Assembly: GCA_029558675.1 (NCBI GenBank)
Contig: JAKQEF010000039.1
Coordinates: 1-51,788 of the forward strand
Reading direction: 5' to 3'
DNA from: Bacteroidota bacterium
GTDB taxonomy: Bacteria; Bacteroidota; Bacteroidia; Bacteroidales; Tenuifilaceae
Length of the DNA stretch: 51,788 nucleotides
Part shown: in pieces, positions 47,349 to 51,788 of the stretch
How the letters are laid out: each line of letters opens with the position of its first letter
Numbering within the stretch: the first letter of the stretch is position 1
Made by a program: the position numbers and the translations under genes
Notes under the pieces: generated by a model
Databases searched by the model: none
What the model was told of the DNA's origin: nothing
The model's input: the letters and a program-made list of their open reading frames with translations, nothing else

Positions 47349-48487
47349 TTTAGCCTTTTATAGTAAACCAGCCCATGATTGCCCGATTGGGGATAAAAAA
47401 TCTTGGCCAAATCTCTAAGAATTAAATGAGGATTCACCGCCCCCGATTCCCAAAAATCGTTACCTCCCGCCGCATTTATACGACTATTATTGTTAAATAC
47501 CCTTCCCTCCTTATAGGCGGGGAATAAGGTTGTACGAGGAAATTCCCTGCTTATGTCAGCCAAACTTAGAGCAGTGCCTGTATTTATCCAAACATCAGCT
47601 GTCATGCCCTTGGCCAAAGCCACCTCAAAGTTCAAAGGATAGCTCTGGTTTCCTTCGAGGTGAGAGAGAATGTAGTGGCCACCGGCATCATCAATGAGCG
47701 CAGCCATGTAGCTTTGGTTTCCCGGGAAAAACCAGGCATCCTGCCACGGAAGATTGATAAACACCTTGGGCTTATGGGTAGCAGCGGCCAAAGATTCCTT
47801 CACATCAAGATAATCTCTCTCGATTTGGGAAAATATGGTGCATGCCTCGTCATACTTACCGAACATGGCTCCGAAAACTTTTATCCACTCGGCCTTGCCC
47901 AACGGGTCTTCCTCAAGGTATTCGGCAATGAATACAACGGGAATATTCAACGATTTCAATTTCTGCAGATAGCCAACAGATTCGGACCCAACCCCATAGC
48001 ACAATACGATATCGGGGCGGAGTTCCACAAGCAGTTCATAGTTAATCAGCTGTTCATAGCCCACATCCTTCACCAGCCCCAATTCGATATTTCGCCTAAT
48101 CTGCGGATTGGATACGAATTGCGCTCCCGATACGCCCACCACACTATCCAACTCACCGATTTTTTCGAGAAAAGCAATATGCGTTGTGGAAAGACACACC
48201 ACCCTCTTGACAGGCATGGGTATCACTGCCTCGCAGTGCTTAAAATCCTCACTATCGGCATTTTCAGTAAAAGCATACCGATACTTCACCCCCGTAGAAC
48301 CCTGCCAGGGGTTATAAACATCTACCACTGCACCATTTGTCAATAGGTTGATGGAAAAGCTCTTGGCATATTGTACCTCCTGTCCAACCCCTTCGTCCCC
48401 AGTAGAACTTTCACGATGATGGCTTGGGGAGTTGCACCCGGCCATCAGGGCGAACATCACAACTGCAAGAGTTTTTAGGGTCTTCAT
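47345..48487 (-). CDS. Periplasmic-binding-protein type 2 (BtuF/FhuD-like) ABC substrate-binding lipoprotein
   Basis: 380 aa. It has a lipobox (LMAGCN) and is the first gene of a binding protein/permease/ATPase operon with overlapping junctions. Confidence 0.8.
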   Translation of the reverse strand: MKTLKTLAVVMFALMAGCNSPSHHRESSTGDEGVGQEVQYAKSFSINLLTNGAVVDVYNPWQGSTGVKYRYAFTENADSEDFKHCEAVIPMPVKRVVCLSTTHIAFLEKIGELDSVVGVSGAQFVSNPQIRRNIELGLVKDVGYEQLINYELLVELRPDIVLCYGVGSESVGYLQKLKSLNIPVVFIAEYLEEDPLGKAEWIKVFGAMFGKYDEACTIFSQIERDYLDVKESLAAATHKPKVFINLPWQDAWFFPGNQSYMAALIDDAGGHYILSHLEGNQSYPLNFEVALAKGMTADVWINTGTALSLADISREFPRTTLFPAYKEGRVFNNNSRINAAGGNDFWESGAVNPHLILRDLAKIFYPQSGNHGLVYYKRLK

Positions 48488-48660
48488 TTCCTTTATAAAA
48501 CTGACGATTAAGTTATTACAACCATATCAGTGTTCTGTCAGTAGACGGCTCAAAAGTAACAATATTAACCCGGATGTTTCAACTTTCGATTTACAAAACG
48601 GCTACCCTACTATCCATGCTTCATGTATCCGCCACAAGAAAGAGTTTGTCGGCATACCCT

Positions 48661-48711
48661 AATGCAAAAGAGGAAGCATCCTGCTTTGAGGGTTCATTAC
48701 AGGATGCTTCG
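48661..48711 (-). terminator. Rho-independent terminator after the metallopeptidase gene
   Basis: A perfect 11-bp stem (GAAGCATCCTG at 48674-48684 and CAGGATGCTTC at 48701-48711) is followed on the minus strand by CTCTTTTGC. It lies about 50 nt after the stop at 48761. Confidence 0.6.
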
Positions 48712-48760
48712 CATTGGCAAAAATCGAAATCAATATGGGCTGATAAAGCCCGACCAATAT

Positions 48761-50815
48761 CTACTGAGCTTTGCTAAGCGCTGCAATCGCTTTTTCCGAA
48801 GCCTTCAGAATGGGGTCAATGGATAGCGGCTCGCCCACTCCACCTTTCATCCAGAGCTGAGGAATAACAGTGCCCTGCTCGAATATGCGCTGAATCTCGT
48901 TGGCAAAGTGCTTTCCTGCCAAGTGCTGCTCCAGCTGAAAACTTATGAGATGCCCCAGGGGATAGGCTGACAGGTATAAAGGATTGTCAATCATATGGCT
49001 GTAAATGGCCAGGATGGTCTCATCTTCCCCGCCAAAAACATCCTTGTAATAGCGATTCCATACATCCCTGGCAATACGCATGGTGGCTTGCTTCACCTCC
49101 TCGCTCGTTGCATTGGGGTTTTCGTAGAGCCATCTCCAAAGGTTAATATCCACCAGAGAGACACCCATAATCTCGTAGCACGACCACAGGTCGTCCAATG
49201 CCATCAGGTGGTCCTTCTCCGGATTATCATCCTTTATGTTGAGCACATCCAAATCGCGCTTCTGGAAGATGAATGCCAGAGCCTCGGTAAATGCTGTGTT
49301 TGGCACGCCATTCATCATGTAGTAGTCCACATCGTGCATGGTGATGGTTTGCTCCACGGTATGCCCAAACTCGTGCATGGCTATATTGAAACCCTTGTAG
49401 TTCATACCACTCCCCTCGATACGCGTGCGGAGCAGGGCAACATCGGAACGCATGGCGCCTCCCCAGGCATGGCCTGCTCCCCTGCTACCCTCAACCCTGA
49501 TTTTCGATGCCAAGAAGTTGGCCTTCTCCTTACTCCAACCCAAGGATGTGAGAATGTTAGGAATTTCGTTTTCAAATGCCTGGGCACTGGTAAAGCGCTT
49601 ACCAACAGCAGCATCCAGTTTTTCTGCAGGAATGGTACTACGCGATTTAAACCCATCGTACCAAATATCGAATGGCTCCAACGGTCTCCCCAACTTGCTG
49701 CTGATGAGGTTCCCCAAATCGCGCACCTGCTTAGAAGAAACCAAATCGATGAAAAGCTGCTCAACATCCTCAACGGAAAGTTCGTAGCTCCCTTCAAACG
49801 TACGCTGTATGTAGTTTGGCATGGTAGAATAAAATGGATCCATATCCTTAAGAGCCCCAAACAGATTTACCACCTGCTGGTAGCGGGTGTTGGGCTCGGG
49901 TTTGAAGTTCACCTTTTCGCCATCCTTCATCAGCTCATTGGTCACCGGATTCCATGTGTAATCAGGGTTATTAATCACCTCTTGCGGAATGGTCTGGTCG
50001 ATAATTCGCTTCATCACAGCATATACCATTCTCTGATTGCGCAGTCCGTTTTCCGTGTCGGCATACTGAGATTTCAGCTCATCGCGCAGCCCCCAGTGGG
50101 TAATCAGCTTCATATCCTTCGGGAATAGAGCATTCCCATTCTCATCACGCAGATTCCCCATGTAGATATTGTATTCGCTGATGTAGGTATCGGCCTCGGT
50201 GCTGAGTTTGGAATAATTTTGGATTAGCGAAGCCGGAACTCTGGAGGTAAACATGTTACCCATACGGGCATAGGCCCATTGAAGCCTTGTCCAGCCCTCA
50301 CCCAGCTGTTCTTTCTCGGCAAGTGAATAGTATGGGAAATTGAGCGCAGTAACAAACGCTATCTTGCTGGTAAACAGGTCTTCGGTCAGGTGTGCCCCGG
50401 CACTAAAACTGCCAAACATCATATCGATGGGTGTAATTTCGCCCATATCCAAATGCAAAGGGCGCATCAAATCCTTGGTTATCCTTAAAAAGTAGCCATT
50501 AAGAATTTCGTAACCCGCCGACAGCTTCTCAAAAAGAGTGTGAAGTTGTTGGGCATCGGCAACGAATTCTTCCTGGCAAAACGATTCGAAATCTTCAACG
50601 CTGCCATCGGAGGTGCGCCATAGGTTGGCCACCTGATTCACACCCCTTTCAATGCGGAACTGCAAATCCGAACCATGCTTTTCAATCAGTTTGTCAATAG
50701 TTTTTGCCACCACCTCCTTCGGAATGGGGCTTCCTTCGGGTCCCTTTTCGGCTTGCTTACACTGAACCATAATCATAAGAATTGGAATGGTTAATAACAC
50801 TGCTAACTTTTTCAT
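48761..50815 (-). CDS. Putative zinc metallopeptidase lipoprotein (HExxH), family not assigned
   Basis: 684 aa. It has a signal peptide with a Cys (MIMVQC) and a single HEFGH motif (NIAMHEFGHTVEQ). I could not place it in M2, M3 or another family by eye. Confidence 0.55.
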   Translation of the reverse strand: MKKLAVLLTIPILMIMVQCKQAEKGPEGSPIPKEVVAKTIDKLIEKHGSDLQFRIERGVNQVANLWRTSDGSVEDFESFCQEEFVADAQQLHTLFEKLSAGYEILNGYFLRITKDLMRPLHLDMGEITPIDMMFGSFSAGAHLTEDLFTSKIAFVTALNFPYYSLAEKEQLGEGWTRLQWAYARMGNMFTSRVPASLIQNYSKLSTEADTYISEYNIYMGNLRDENGNALFPKDMKLITHWGLRDELKSQYADTENGLRNQRMVYAVMKRIIDQTIPQEVINNPDYTWNPVTNELMKDGEKVNFKPEPNTRYQQVVNLFGALKDMDPFYSTMPNYIQRTFEGSYELSVEDVEQLFIDLVSSKQVRDLGNLISSKLGRPLEPFDIWYDGFKSRSTIPAEKLDAAVGKRFTSAQAFENEIPNILTSLGWSKEKANFLASKIRVEGSRGAGHAWGGAMRSDVALLRTRIEGSGMNYKGFNIAMHEFGHTVEQTITMHDVDYYMMNGVPNTAFTEALAFIFQKRDLDVLNIKDDNPEKDHLMALDDLWSCYEIMGVSLVDINLWRWLYENPNATSEEVKQATMRIARDVWNRYYKDVFGGEDETILAIYSHMIDNPLYLSAYPLGHLISFQLEQHLAGKHFANEIQRIFEQGTVIPQLWMKGGVGEPLSIDPILKASEKAIAALSKAQ

Positions 50816-50963
50816 ATTGGTAATGTTTAGGTTTAGGTTTATATTAAAAAAGTCAAGGTTTTTGCTTTGTAAAAATAATCATAAAAACTCTCTCGTGTTA
50901 GGCCAAACTAATAGATATCAAGAATTGTTGGAATTATTTTTAAGCGAATGGTTTTCTTTTCTT

Positions 50964-50971
50964 TAATTTTG
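50964..50971 (+). promoter_or_regulatory. Candidate -7 promoter box (TAATTTTG) upstream of mgsA
   Basis: The sequence matches TAnnTTTG and lies 23 nt upstream of the ATG. Confidence 0.4.
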
Positions 50972-50993
50972 CATCGGAATAATTAAAAACAGG

Positions 50994-51464
50994 ATGAAAC
51001 AGACAAAAACTATTGCCCTGGTAGCTCACGATCACCGTAAGAGGGATATGGTTGAATGGGTTGAATGGAACTGGCAAAAGTTGCTTCGGCATAGGTTGGT
51101 TTGTACCGGTACCACAGGAAAACTGGTAGAAGAGGCCTTCAAGCGCATGTATGGCGACGAGGCTAAAAAGCATATCGCAATAAAAAAATTAAAATCGGGG
51201 CCACTGGGTGGCGATCAGCAGCTGGGAGCCATGATTGCAGAAGGTGAAATAGACATACTCATTTTCTTTTGGGATCCCATGGAACCCCAACCCCACGACG
51301 TGGATGTTAAGGCACTGCTCCGCATTGCCAGCGTTTACAATATCCCCACAGCCACTAACCGATCCACTGCAGATTTTATCATAGGATCACCATTATTAGA
51401 CGAGGTATATTTGCCAAAACTCGTTGACTACGAATACTACATAAACAGGAAAGTGGATAGTTAG
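50994..51464 (+). CDS. mgsA: Methylglyoxal synthase
   Basis: 156 aa. It has the motifs IALVAHDHRK and LVCTGTTG and the MGS fold pattern. Confidence 0.9.
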   Translation: MKQTKTIALVAHDHRKRDMVEWVEWNWQKLLRHRLVCTGTTGKLVEEAFKRMYGDEAKKHIAIKKLKSGPLGGDQQLGAMIAEGEIDILIFFWDPMEPQPHDVDVKALLRIASVYNIPTATNRSTADFIIGSPLLDEVYLPKLVDYEYYINRKVDS

Positions 51465-51484
51465 AAGGAGGTTTTTTTGATCAA

Positions 51485-51788
51485 CTATCGTTTGCCCTTT
51501 TTATCGTCCACTTTCAACTTCCTGAGTTGATCTATGGTCCAATTTATCCGTTTCGCATAGAAAGGGCTTGCCATTACGGAAAGGTATTCCTTTATATCGT
51601 CGAGAATTGGGATAGCATCGGGGCCAATGGCAATAATGGTATCGAGTATTCGAACTATTTCCTTGGCACTTGTGGTAATAAAGAAACGCTCCACCAAAGC
51701 ATCCACGGCATCGGTGCCGAAAGAAACCAGGTTTTCAATATTCCCCTTAAGTATTTCATAGTTTATCCGAAGATCAACATCCTTGGGG
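51485..51788 (-). CDS. Hypothetical protein, 5'-truncated by the window edge
   Basis: The stop is at 51485. The track's start at 51706 is a GTG. The frame stays open to nt 51787 (...PKDVDLRINYEILKGNIENLVSFGTDAVDALVERFF...), so the gene probably continues beyond the window. Confidence 0.4.
   Translation of the reverse strand, partial: PKDVDLRINYEILKGNIENLVSFGTDAVDALVERFFITTSAKEIVRILDTIIAIGPDAIPILDDIKEYLSVMASPFYAKRINWTIDQLRKLKVDDKKGKR

Overview
This 51.8-kb chromosomal segment reads as a Bacteroidota (Bacteroidia-like) genome. Coding is dense, with about 37 genes. Several genes are preceded by TAnnTTTG-type -7 promoter boxes. There is a CarboxypepD_reg-type TonB-dependent receptor and a DUF349 protein, and lipoprotein signal peptides are common. 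Most of the window is housekeeping: rpsA, rnz, guaA, pyrG, yidC, rocD, mgsA, a DEAD-box helicase, an S41 peptidase and nucleotide-sugar enzymes. It also holds signalling modules (an orphan STAS protein, a SiaB/SiaC-like pair, a TonB receptor followed by a LytS/LytTR pair and a TPR histidine kinase) and a BtuFCD-like ABC importer. The stand-out is a lower-GC minus-strand operon of about 8.3 kb at 32142-40468. Its four reading frames are separated by -1 to +2 nt. In order they are an XRE-type HTH with an in-frame TGA, a 1080-aa fusion of a PLD (HKD) nuclease to an SNF2 helicase, a DUF1016/YhcG PD-(D/E)XK nuclease, and a 1239-aa Eco57I/PglX/DrmMI-like gamma-class N6-adenine methyltransferase. The methyltransferase gene is itself compositionally mosaic. 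This gene set does not match the canonical composition of Type I, Type III or Type ISP R-M, BREX or DISARM. I propose it as a candidate uncharacterised methylation-linked, motor-driven defence system. I recognised no rRNA, tRNA, CRISPR array, transposase or integrase. All functional calls come from motif recognition by eye on the supplied translations, and no database search was run.
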